DNA of 64,000 nucleotides, taken from assembly GCA_051293815.1 (NCBI GenBank), contig JBPKLU010000003.1, forward strand, positions 327,426-391,425, given 5' to 3'. Source of the stretch: Nitrospiraceae bacterium (GTDB lineage: Bacteria; Nitrospirota; Nitrospiria; Nitrospirales; Nitrospiraceae). The translations under genes and the position numbers were made by a program. Positions 37,392 through 46,708 of the stretch are shown piece after piece (the stretch's first letter is position 1; each line of letters opens with the position of its first letter). The notes beneath the pieces were generated by a model. It searched no databases, was not told where the DNA came from, and saw only the letters and a program-made list of their open reading frames with translations.

Positions 37392-40300
37392 TTGATCTTT
37401 CCGCAAAGTTCCTCCATAGTAAGTAATGGCATGCTGGAAAAATCCCGCTGTTGTACGGACATGCCCACTGTGCCCCGCCATCCCCTTCGCGGCCTGTTGA
37501 TCGCCCAATTCTGCGGCGCGTTCAACGACAACGCCTGGAAACTGATCGTGGCGCTGCTGGGGATCAAGGTCGTCGCAGCGAAGATCGGCTCGTCAGGACC
37601 GGCGTTTGAGGCCGCCGCCCAGACGCACACCACAGTAGCCTTTGTCGCGATCACCCTCCCGTTGATGATCGTCTCCCTGATCGCCGGCGTGGTGGCCGAC
37701 CGCCTCAGCAAACGCACCGTCATTATCGCCATGAAGGCCGCCGAAGTGCTGCTCATGGCGGCTGGCGCAGTCGTGCTGTTGATCAATCCTTCCGCAATCG
37801 TCTGGCCTCTCTTCATTCTGGGGCTCATGGGAGTCCACAGCGCGCTCTTCAGCCCGGCCAAGTACGGGATCCTGCCGGAGGTGCTGCCGCACGAACGCCT
37901 ATCGGCCGGCAACGGCGTCCTGGAGCTCTGCACGTTCCTGGCCATCATCCTGGGCACGGCGGCGGGCGGCCTGCTGCTGGATCTCACCGATCCTTCGCCG
38001 TGGAAAGCCGGACTGATCCTGACGGCGAGCGCCGTGGTGGGCTTCATCGCCTCCTGGACAGTTCCTCGCGTCCCGCCGGCGCGATCCGACGGCGGGCTCG
38101 CCGCAACGCTCCACGGAGCCTGGTCCGCCCTCCGGACGGATCGCGTGCTGCGGCTCGCCGTCGCGGGCGCCTGCTTCTTCTGGACGGTCGCCAGCCTGGT
38201 GGGCCAGGACATGCTGGTGTATGGCAAGGCCGCGCTCGGCCTCTCCGACCGCTTCGCAGGCGCGCCGTTGGCGGTGTTTGCCCTCGGCGTCGGAGGCGGC
38301 GCCTTCCTCGCGGGACGATTGTCGGCCGCGAAGGTGGAGTACGGCCTGATTCCGCTGGGCGCCAGCGGCCTGGCTCTGTTCCTGGGCCTGCTCGGATCGA
38401 TCACGCCGAGCCTGCCGCACACGCTCGTCCTCATGGCGTGGCTCGGCGTGTCGAGCGGGTTGCTCATCGTGCCGATCAACGCGCTGATCCAGTGGCGATC
38501 GCCGGGGGATCGGCGCGGGGCCGTGATCGCGATGAGCAACACCTTTGTGTTCGGCGGGATTCTGATCGGCTCGCTGGCCGCCGAAGCCTTGTCGCGAACC
38601 GGCTTGTCCCCCAGCGGCATCCTCCTCGCCGCGTCGCTGGCGACCGTCGCGGGAACCGCTTGGGCCCTGTGGCTCCTGCCCGACGCCTTCCTCCGGCTCG
38701 TCCTGGTGTTGCTCACCCACAGCCTGTACCGGCTGCGTGTCATCGGACGGGAGCATGTTCCTCAGGCAGGCGGAGCGCTGCTCGTGCCCAACCATGTCTC
38801 GTTCGTGGACGGGTTCCTGCTGATGGCCAGCCTGGACCGGCCGATCCGCTTTGTGGTCGATGCCGCCTATGTCACCCACCCGCTACTGAAGCCCTTCATG
38901 CGAGCCATGCGGGTGATTCCGATTTCCTCCTCCGGCGGGCCACGGGTGATCCTCCACGCGCTCCGCGAAGCGGGCCAGTCGCTGGACGACGGCGACCTCG
39001 TCTGTATTTTCCCCGAGGGCCAGATCACGCGGACTGGCGCTCTGCTGCCGTTCCGTCGGGGATTCGAACGGATCGTGAGAGGCCGCACAGTCCCGATCAT
39101 TCCGGTCCATCTCGACCGGATCTGGGGCAGCATCTTCAGTTACGTCGGTGGCCGGTTCCTGACCAAATGGCCGGAACGGATCCCCTATCCGGTGACCGTT
39201 TCCTTTGGCCAGCCTCTGCCGCCCGACACGCCGGCGTATCAGGTGCGGCAGGCCGTCCAAGAGCTGGGTGAAGCCGCCTGGAGGCTGCGCAAGCCGGATT
39301 GCCAGCCGTTGCACCGGCGCTTTATTCGCGCGATGCGCCGACACCCGTTCCGCTTCGCCATGGCCGACGCCACGCAGCCCCACGTCACATGCCTCAAGGC
39401 GTTGATCGGTGCCATCGCCCTAGCGCGGGCGTTGCGCCCGCATTGGGACAACCAGCCGCACGTCGGGCTGCTGCTCCCACCGTCGGTCGGGGGCGCGCTC
39501 GCGAATGTGGCCGCCACGCTCTGCGGGAAAGCCAGCGTGAATCTCAACTACACGGTCGGCCGAGCCGGGTTGGAGTCCGCCTGCCGGCAGGCTGGTCTGC
39601 ACACCGTCGTCACCAGCCGCCGTTTCGTGAAGAAAGCCAACCTGGACGTGCCAGCAGGCGTGACCCTCATCTGGCTGGAAGACCTTGTCAAGACGATCGG
39701 ACGAGGTCAGCAACTCGCGGCGTTGTTGCTCGCAATCCTCGCGCCCGCTCGCATCATCGAGCTCGCCTGCGGCCAGTCACGGACCACCAGCCTGGACGAG
39801 CTCGCGACGATCATCTTCAGCAGCGGCAGCACCGGCGAGCCGAAGGGCGTCATGCTCTCTCACTTCAGCATCGACTCCAACGTGGACGGGGCAGCCCAGG
39901 TCCTGCACGTTCAGCGAGGCGACGTCGCGCTGGGCATCCTCCCGTTCTTCCACTCGTTCGGCTATCTGATCTTCTGGTTCGCCGTCACCCACGGCGTGGG
40001 CCTCGTGTGCCACCCTTCGCCGCTCGATGCCGCCGCGATCGGCGACCTGATCGCCCGCTACCGCGTCACCTTGCTCGTTACCACCCCCACCTTCCTCCAA
40101 CTCTATTACCGCCGGTGCACGCCAGAGCAGTTGAGCACGCTGCGCGTCATCATCACCGGGGCGGAGAAGTTGTCCGAAAAATTCGCCCAGGCGTTCTACG
40201 ACCGGTTCGGCATCAGGCCGGTGGAGGGCTACGGCGTCACGGAATGTGCGCCGGTCATTTCGACGAACTTGCCCGATTTTCGCGCTTCGGGCTTTTTCCA

Positions 40301-40883
40301 GCCGGCCTCGCGCCGAGGCACCGTCGGACAGCCGCTCCCCGGGGTGTGCGTTCGCATCGTGGATCCCGACACGTTCGAGCCGCTGCCGCCCAATACTCCC
40401 GGTCTGCTCTTGGTCAAGGGAGCCAATGTCATGAGCGGGTATCTGGGCCGCGAGGACCTCACGGCCCAGGCCATGCGGGACGGGTGGTATATCACGGGCG
40501 ACATCGCCCAGGTGGACGAAGACGGCTTCATCACCATCATCGACCGGCTCTCCCGCTTCTCGAAAATCGGCGGCGAAATGGTGCCGCACGGGCGGGTAGA
40601 GGAGGCCTTGCACGAGGCAGCCGGTGTCGAGGGACAAGTCTTCGCCGTCACAGGCATCCCGGACGAACACAAGGGCGAGCAGTTGGCGGTGCTGCACACG
40701 CTGGACGAGAAGATGATTCCGGAAATTCTGGACAAGGTCGCGGCGACCGGCCTCTCCAACCTGTTCATCCCACGCCGGGACCACTTTATCAAAGTGGATG
40801 CGCTGCCCGTGCTGGGTACCGGCAAACTGGACCTGCGCGCGCTCAAGCGTATCGCGATGGAACGGCTGCAAGGCCGCCGTTGA
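37392..40883 (+). CDS. aas: triple fusion: MFS lysophospholipid transporter (LplT-like) + PlsC-type acyltransferase + acyl-ACP/AMP-dependent synthetase (Aas-like)
   Basis: 1163 aa. N-terminal 12-TM MFS domain, HVSFVDG and FPEGQITRTG acyltransferase motifs, then FSSGSTGEPKGV and GWYITGD adenylation motifs. The true start is probably ATG 37461. Confidence 0.8.
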   Translation: MIFPQSSSIVSNGMLEKSRCCTDMPTVPRHPLRGLLIAQFCGAFNDNAWKLIVALLGIKVVAAKIGSSGPAFEAAAQTHTTVAFVAITLPLMIVSLIAGVVADRLSKRTVIIAMKAAEVLLMAAGAVVLLINPSAIVWPLFILGLMGVHSALFSPAKYGILPEVLPHERLSAGNGVLELCTFLAIILGTAAGGLLLDLTDPSPWKAGLILTASAVVGFIASWTVPRVPPARSDGGLAATLHGAWSALRTDRVLRLAVAGACFFWTVASLVGQDMLVYGKAALGLSDRFAGAPLAVFALGVGGGAFLAGRLSAAKVEYGLIPLGASGLALFLGLLGSITPSLPHTLVLMAWLGVSSGLLIVPINALIQWRSPGDRRGAVIAMSNTFVFGGILIGSLAAEALSRTGLSPSGILLAASLATVAGTAWALWLLPDAFLRLVLVLLTHSLYRLRVIGREHVPQAGGALLVPNHVSFVDGFLLMASLDRPIRFVVDAAYVTHPLLKPFMRAMRVIPISSSGGPRVILHALREAGQSLDDGDLVCIFPEGQITRTGALLPFRRGFERIVRGRTVPIIPVHLDRIWGSIFSYVGGRFLTKWPERIPYPVTVSFGQPLPPDTPAYQVRQAVQELGEAAWRLRKPDCQPLHRRFIRAMRRHPFRFAMADATQPHVTCLKALIGAIALARALRPHWDNQPHVGLLLPPSVGGALANVAATLCGKASVNLNYTVGRAGLESACRQAGLHTVVTSRRFVKKANLDVPAGVTLIWLEDLVKTIGRGQQLAALLLAILAPARIIELACGQSRTTSLDELATIIFSSGSTGEPKGVMLSHFSIDSNVDGAAQVLHVQRGDVALGILPFFHSFGYLIFWFAVTHGVGLVCHPSPLDAAAIGDLIARYRVTLLVTTPTFLQLYYRRCTPEQLSTLRVIITGAEKLSEKFAQAFYDRFGIRPVEGYGVTECAPVISTNLPDFRASGFFQPASRRGTVGQPLPGVCVRIVDPDTFEPLPPNTPGLLLVKGANVMSGYLGREDLTAQAMRDGWYITGDIAQVDEDGFITIIDRLSRFSKIGGEMVPHGRVEEALHEAAGVEGQVFAVTGIPDEHKGEQLAVLHTLDEKMIPEILDKVAATGLSNLFIPRRDHFIKVDALPVLGTGKLDLRALKRIAMERLQGRR

Positions 40884-41550
40884 ACGGTGGACGCGGAGCG
40901 AGAAGCTGGCTGACTTCAGGCCCGCTGAGCGACATCCGCGCGTCTCGTCGGCTGACAAGCGGCACTTCGTGCGTCAACGCCAGATCCACCTCGCCCCCTT
41001 GCAAAGACTCTCGCCCCCTTTCCTTGTGTCCACACAGGCGCCTTGAGCCCTCTTTCGCTGTAGAGCAACCTCATCGAAGCGACAGGTTCCTATGTTCCCG
41101 GGCCATGCCTGAATCAAGATCACGACGCCTTCATGCCAGACGCCAGCAAAGCGGTAACAGGTCCTCATCAACCTCCGGGACAGAGTCTCGATCCCGGTTT
41201 CGACGTCGCGTTTGTTCTTTCGGCATGTCCTTAGTGGTTCACTTGCGTTCGTCTTCTTGATGCGTACCTGACAGAGTCCTCCTCCGCCTTTTCCGGCTAC
41301 GCTCACGACGACGCTTGATCGACGCCGCCAGCCGCTGTGTGAAGTCTGCACCTGCACGCCAACCTCAAGGGACCTCCTCTCATGAGTAAAGCCCCCCTCT
41401 CGCTTCCGCGATCGTTGCATTCGTAGCACACTTCTTTTTCTTGTGTCCGAATTGAAACTCAGGCACTATCTCGTGCCGCAGATCAACAACGTGGAGCGGG
41501 CATCCGGGCTTCGCTCCGGTCGGGCATGAATACTGACCGCTCAGAGACGA

Positions 41551-42936
41551 TCAGAAATTGATCCGCAGGGTCAGGCTTCCGGCATTCGTTGTCGTCCGAT
41601 AAGTCCCATTGACGCCGGAATTGGGGTGGCCAGTGACCGTGCGGGGCTCAAACAGCAGAAGTTGATAGGCGAGGTCGAGTCCGATCGCCTTTCGGGTCAA
41701 CCAGCCGCCAGCGGCACCTTCACAGTCCACTACCCCGAGAACCCGTCCACCTTCCCGACAGAAAAGGCCGAGCCCGATCGACCACACATGCACGTCGGCG
41801 TCGGGGATGACCGGATTGTAATTCGCATCGGGGACGGGTGTGTGCGAACGGTTGTAGCCGGCACGGAGCGCCAGTTGCCAGGCTTCATGGTCTGGTAGAC
41901 GGAGCCACGTGTATTCCGTTCCCACGGCGATCGACACGCTATTGTTCCAGTGTTGCGGGTTGGTGATGACAGCGCCAGTGGAAAGGGCGACATCCACATT
42001 TCTCACCGATCGCCACCGGGTGTAGTCCACATCCACCTCGACCTTCCACGCGCGCTCGGCGTCCCGAAGAGGCCAGAGCGCCAGCCCCAGCGTCCAGACC
42101 TCGGGCAACAGGAAATTCGCGGAGGCGTCGGCGACCGGCGTTCCGTCGACGAGCAGTTGTCCGCGCACCGGCAAAACCGCTTGGCTGCGCCACACACCGG
42201 CAAGATTCACCCGCGGCCGGTCCGCCGTGCCAATGAGCGTGTAGAGCACGCTGGCGTCCAGGCCGGCGGTGGTGCCCTTGCCGTTCAACTCCACACGGCT
42301 GCCCGCCGGGATGCCGCCCGCGCCGGACGAAATGGACAGGCTTTCCGTTTGCCCCTCGCCGATAAAACTCGCGAACGTGAAGATGTCTGCACCGAGCCCG
42401 AGCGAGAGGCGATCCGAAACCTTGTAGGCCAGGGTGGGCTTGATGTCGAGCAGCGGAAGGCTGCCTTGGTAGCTTGTGGAAGAGAACGGCGCGCGTTCCG
42501 GGTACTTGTTGCCGAACCCATAGAGCGACAGCAGGCCCAATCCCAGACTGAGATCCCGCAGGACCGGCAGGCTTGAGCGTTCCAGGTTGGCCGTGAGATA
42601 CAGTTGGCCCGGCGGAGGCCAGCCGACCGGCCCGCCGAGATCGTTGGTCGTCTGCGCTCCGCTTGGATTCGTGAACCGGGTGTGGGGGCTGACGAATTGG
42701 ACGCCGACGGCGTGCTGGATCCCCCGCAGCCTCGTCATGGCGGCGGGATTGTAGAAGACCGCGGTCGGATCGTCGGCCTGAGCCGCAAACGCATTGCCCT
42801 GTCCGATGGCCGCCGAGCCTTGAAAAGGATTGCGAAAGCCGTCGGCATAGGCGGGAGACGCGCCCACGCCCCACACCAGCGAGACCCAGACCCAGCCTAT
42901 CAGACTTAGGAGACACCGTGCGTCGGGATCGCGCAT
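41551..42936 (-). CDS. fadL: FadL/OMPP1/TodX-family outer-membrane hydrophobic-compound channel
   Basis: Signal peptide, then ADGFRNPFQGSAAIGQGNAFAAQADDPTAVFYNPAAM, and a C-terminal ...LTLRINF ending in an aromatic residue. Start at ATG 42936. Confidence 0.8.
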   Translation of the reverse strand: MRDPDARCLLSLIGWVWVSLVWGVGASPAYADGFRNPFQGSAAIGQGNAFAAQADDPTAVFYNPAAMTRLRGIQHAVGVQFVSPHTRFTNPSGAQTTNDLGGPVGWPPPGQLYLTANLERSSLPVLRDLSLGLGLLSLYGFGNKYPERAPFSSTSYQGSLPLLDIKPTLAYKVSDRLSLGLGADIFTFASFIGEGQTESLSISSGAGGIPAGSRVELNGKGTTAGLDASVLYTLIGTADRPRVNLAGVWRSQAVLPVRGQLLVDGTPVADASANFLLPEVWTLGLALWPLRDAERAWKVEVDVDYTRWRSVRNVDVALSTGAVITNPQHWNNSVSIAVGTEYTWLRLPDHEAWQLALRAGYNRSHTPVPDANYNPVIPDADVHVWSIGLGLFCREGGRVLGVVDCEGAAGGWLTRKAIGLDLAYQLLLFEPRTVTGHPNSGVNGTYRTTTNAGSLTLRINF

Positions 42937-43033
42937 AGGGCGCGCATCGTACGAGAGCGATTTCCGCGGAGTCAAGGACTTGCCCTTAGGAGCCAAGTGT
43001 GAGACCATCATTGCCACCGCGGTCGGGAAGCCG

Positions 43034-46000
43034 ATGCCCGCACGCAACCTTACGCTGGCCAAGCTCGCGCGCCCGACTCTGCCTATCGTGCATGAGCGGA
43101 AGCGGCTGTTCCGCCTCCTCGATGCGGCGTGCAGGAGACCGGTCGTTTGGCTCACCGCTCCGGCCGGGTCCGGGAAGACGACGCTCGCGGCAAGCTACCT
43201 CGGCGCGCGGAGACTGCCTCACATCTGGTACAGCATCGACGCCGGTGATGGAGACCCCGCGTCGTTCTTTTACTATTTGGGGCTCGCTGGCAGGCAGGGC
43301 GCTTCCCGCCAGGCACGTCCGCTGCCCCTGCTGACGCCGGAATACCTGCCGGGCCTCGAGGCCTTTACCCGCAACTTCTTCCGTCTCTTTTTTGCCCAGA
43401 TCAAACGGCCGGGCGTCGCGGTGTTCGATAATTTCGAGCGCCTGCCGGAGGACTCGCCGTTGCATGACCTCCTGTCGATCGGGCTGGCCGAGACCCCATC
43501 CGGCGTCACCGTGATCGTGATCAGCCGCGCCGATCCTCCGGCCTCCTTCGCTCACCTGCTTGCATCCGGTTCGCTTGCCCTCGTGGGCTGGGAGGATCTG
43601 CGCCTGACCCAGCGTGAGAGTCTCGCGATCGGCCGGCTGCGGTCCCAGCTGAGCAGAGAGCAACTTCTCGCCCTGCATGAAGAAACGCAGGGTTGGGTCG
43701 CCGGCCTCGTGTTGTTGGTCGAACATGGCTCGCCTCGCGGGAGACGACGAACACGGGATCTCTCCTCTGGCCACTCGATGCTGTTCGACTATTTTGCGGA
43801 GGAATTGTTCAAGCGCGCGGACGCTTCGACGCGCGCGCTGCTGCTTCAGACGTCTCTCCTCTCCAAGATCACGGCTGAGGCGGCCCGACAATTGACCGGA
43901 ATCGAACAGGCCGAGGCCTTGCTGAACGGACTGGTGCGGCGCAACTACTTCACCTTCAAGCTCGCCGGCCCGTCCCTGACCTATGAATACCATCCGCTGT
44001 TTCGGGCTTTCCTGCAGTCCCGCGCCCGTATCGCTTATTCCCCACCGGAGCTGAACCGCCTGCGGCGCCGGGCGGCGGCGCTGCTCGAAGCCGACGGGTT
44101 CGTCGAAGACGCTATCGCATTATTGATTGAAGCCGGCGATTGGGACAGGCTGATCCGACTGGTTCTTCTGCAGGCGCCGGCGATGGCTGCCCAGGGCCGC
44201 AGCCAGGCCTTGGCGCAGTGGATTCAGGCCGTCCCGGACGAGATGCGCGCAGGGACACCGTGGCTCCGCTACTGGCTGGGGACTTGCCGGCTGCCGTTCA
44301 ATCCGGTCGAAGCACGAACGCACTTCAATGGGGCACTCGCGCTGTTCGAGAAGGCGAACGACCCCGCCGGTTCATATCTTGCCTGGCTGGGTCTCATCGA
44401 AAGCGTCTTTTTCGAATGGCGGGATTTCGTCCAGTTCGATCGGTGCAGGGAGCTGTTCGACGACCTCCGCCGCCATTATCCGGAATATCCATCACCCGAG
44501 ATCGAGGCTCGCATCACCTTGGCAACCTTTACGATGCTCATCAACCGCTGGCCCGATCACCCGGACCTTCCCTCGTGGGTTGCAAAAGCCGAAGCGCTGC
44601 TCTGGTCAGAGGCGGACATCAACACCCGCCTGATGCAGGCCAACCACCTGTTGTATTACTGCATATGGCTGGGGGACCTTGCCAAGGCAAAGCACCTCAT
44701 CGCCGAGATCCGGGCGGAATGGGCGAGGCAGGACATCGCGCCCCTGACCCGCCTCTGGTGGCACGCCTCGCTGGCGATCGTGTACTGGCACACGGGGGAC
44801 ATCGAACAGGGTTTGCGCGAAGTCGAGGAAGGACGCAGGCTGGCCGACGCCACTGGCATCCGTATGGTCGAGATTCAACGCCTGGGCGCGGAAATTTTCC
44901 TATTCCTCATCCAAGGCGATGTCGAGGCGGCCGAGCGCCGGCTTCATCAGACATCCTTTGCCCTCCGCCCCCAGAGTCTGCTCGACGGCTCGTACTATCA
45001 TCACCTCGCCTCGATAGTGGCTCTGCACAAAGGCCAAGTGGCCCACGCCGAAGAGTGCGCGCAGTCCGCCCTGAGGATGGTCAGGGCCAGCGGCATGCCG
45101 TTCGGCGAAGCAATCTGTCTTATGGCTTCCGCGCGCATTGCGTTGGAGACAGACCAGACGACCCGCGCACGGGATGCGCTAGACGGCGCGCGCCGGATCG
45201 CCCGCGCCATCGGCAGCCGATCCCTCGAATACATGTGCGACCTCACGGAGGCGGAGCTCGAATTCTCGGTGCAGCGAGAGCCGGAAGGATTGGCCTTACT
45301 CCGGCAAGCCTTGCGCCTCGGCAAAGCCCTTGGCCTCGCCGTTCTTCCGTGGTGGACGCGCGATCGTATCGCCCGGCTGTATGCGCGCGCGCTCAATGCG
45401 GGGATCGAGCCCGCCTATGTCAAGGAGGCGGTTCGGCGGCATGCCCTCGCGCCGCCGGCCGACATTCCGGCCGACGACTGGCCCTGGCCGATCAAGGTCT
45501 ATACCTTGGGACGTTTCGCCGTGGTGAAAGACGGCACGCCCCTTCGATTCAAAGGTAAGACCCAGCGCCGCCCGCTCGAGCTGCTCATGGCGCTGATCGC
45601 CCTAGGTGGGCACGGGGTTCCGCTCGAGAAATTGACCGACGCGCTCTGGCCGGACGCCGACGCCGACGCCGCCTATCGAGCGTTCACTGTGGCGCTGCAT
45701 CGGTTGCGCCATCTGCTTGGGTCGGACACCGCGCTCAGACTCACTCACAACCGCCTCACCCTCGAGCCGCGCGATGTCTGGGTCGATGCCTGGGCGTTCG
45801 AACGCCTGCTCAATGCCGCTGAACACGACAGCGAGAAGGCGGACATCGCCTCGTCGGCCGGCAAGGTGCTGAGCCTGTACCGTGGCCGGTTCCTCGACGG
45901 AGTAGACGCACCGTGGGTCCTCTCGTCGCGTGCGCGGTTACAGACCCGATTCCTCCACTTTGCGATCGTGCATGCTCGGCGCTTGATACGAATGGGCCTT

Positions 46001-46276
46001 TACGATCAGTCCGTGACCCTGCTCGAACAAGGTCTGGCCGCCGACGATCTCGCCGAGGACCTGTATCTGGAGCTGATGCGCTGTTATCAGGCCCAGGACC
46101 GTCCCGCCGAAGCGCTGGCGGTGTATCATCGTTGCCGGCAGGCGCTCAAGGCCGGGCTTGGCCTTGCGCCGAACCCGGAGATCGAACGGCTCCGCCAGAC
46201 GTTGCAACAGCCGAGTGTCGCCCGTGGCGACCACCGGACTGGCTCCACACCCGACATTCCCTCTACCTCCGCCTGA
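43034..46276 (+). CDS. large STAND-type transcriptional regulator: MalT-like P-loop NTPase + TPR-like repeats + C-terminal SARP (wHTH + BTAD)
   Basis: N-terminus LTAPAGSGKTTLAASYL...WYSIDAGDGDPASFFYYL is MalT-like. The C-terminus matches SARP/BTAD: YTLGRFAVVKDGTPLRFKGKTQRRPLELLMALIALG...LYRGRFLDG...LMRCYQAQDRPAEALAVYHRCRQAL. Start at ATG 43034. Confidence 0.8.
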   Translation: MPARNLTLAKLARPTLPIVHERKRLFRLLDAACRRPVVWLTAPAGSGKTTLAASYLGARRLPHIWYSIDAGDGDPASFFYYLGLAGRQGASRQARPLPLLTPEYLPGLEAFTRNFFRLFFAQIKRPGVAVFDNFERLPEDSPLHDLLSIGLAETPSGVTVIVISRADPPASFAHLLASGSLALVGWEDLRLTQRESLAIGRLRSQLSREQLLALHEETQGWVAGLVLLVEHGSPRGRRRTRDLSSGHSMLFDYFAEELFKRADASTRALLLQTSLLSKITAEAARQLTGIEQAEALLNGLVRRNYFTFKLAGPSLTYEYHPLFRAFLQSRARIAYSPPELNRLRRRAAALLEADGFVEDAIALLIEAGDWDRLIRLVLLQAPAMAAQGRSQALAQWIQAVPDEMRAGTPWLRYWLGTCRLPFNPVEARTHFNGALALFEKANDPAGSYLAWLGLIESVFFEWRDFVQFDRCRELFDDLRRHYPEYPSPEIEARITLATFTMLINRWPDHPDLPSWVAKAEALLWSEADINTRLMQANHLLYYCIWLGDLAKAKHLIAEIRAEWARQDIAPLTRLWWHASLAIVYWHTGDIEQGLREVEEGRRLADATGIRMVEIQRLGAEIFLFLIQGDVEAAERRLHQTSFALRPQSLLDGSYYHHLASIVALHKGQVAHAEECAQSALRMVRASGMPFGEAICLMASARIALETDQTTRARDALDGARRIARAIGSRSLEYMCDLTEAELEFSVQREPEGLALLRQALRLGKALGLAVLPWWTRDRIARLYARALNAGIEPAYVKEAVRRHALAPPADIPADDWPWPIKVYTLGRFAVVKDGTPLRFKGKTQRRPLELLMALIALGGHGVPLEKLTDALWPDADADAAYRAFTVALHRLRHLLGSDTALRLTHNRLTLEPRDVWVDAWAFERLLNAAEHDSEKADIASSAGKVLSLYRGRFLDGVDAPWVLSSRARLQTRFLHFAIVHARRLIRMGLYDQSVTLLEQGLAADDLAEDLYLELMRCYQAQDRPAEALAVYHRCRQALKAGLGLAPNPEIERLRQTLQQPSVARGDHRTGSTPDIPSTSA

Positions 46277-46466
46277 ATCGACCGCCACACACCCCCGGGC
46301 ACAAGGTGGAATTCCGCCCGCCGCCCCCTGCCGCCGCACAACTCACGTCGTTCTCGCGTCTTTCCGTCCAGCGGGATCGGTAAGTCATCGGTAAGGGCTT
46401 CTCCGGTAGGATACGCGCGTTTTTCATCACGGCAGCGTCCATCGACCGTTGCGATCCGGTGTTTGG

Positions 46467-46673
46467 ATGGAGTCGTACATCGTGCGCATCTACCGCCGCG
46501 GCCGCAAGGACGGTCTCGCCACGAAAAGCCGGGCAAGACACCTGGTGGGAACGGTCGAGGACAGCGAGGGCCGACGCCGGGCGTTTCACAGCAGTGCCGA
46601 GCTGTGGGAGGCGTTGTGGTCGAAGCTCGGCAGGCAGCGCGCCTCAGGTGACCGGCGGGGGAAAGGCCAGTAA
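46467..46673 (+). CDS. small conserved hypothetical protein (YIVRIYRR-type N-terminus)
   Basis: MESYIVRIYRRGRKDG...LVGTVEDSEGRRRAFHSSAELWEAL. I recall this pattern from small ORFs in other bacteria, but have no family name for it. Confidence 0.45.
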   Translation: MESYIVRIYRRGRKDGLATKSRARHLVGTVEDSEGRRRAFHSSAELWEALWSKLGRQRASGDRRGKGQ

Positions 46674-46708
46674 GAACCCGTGTCCAGTTTGCGGAAGAGG
46701 AGGCCCTT

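Noticed and set aside
37256-41260. Several long alternative-frame ORFs (37256-38743 minus, 37899-38879 minus, 38000-39271 plus, 39299-41260 plus, 39777-40958 minus)
   Set aside because: All overlap the 1163-aa LplT-PlsC-Aas ORF, which has clear motifs. Their translations are Arg/Pro/Gly-rich with no motifs.
44140-45558. 472-aa plus-strand ORF inside the STAND regulator
   Set aside because: It is an alternative frame of a gene with clear P-loop and SARP motifs, and its composition is typical of an off-frame high-GC translation.
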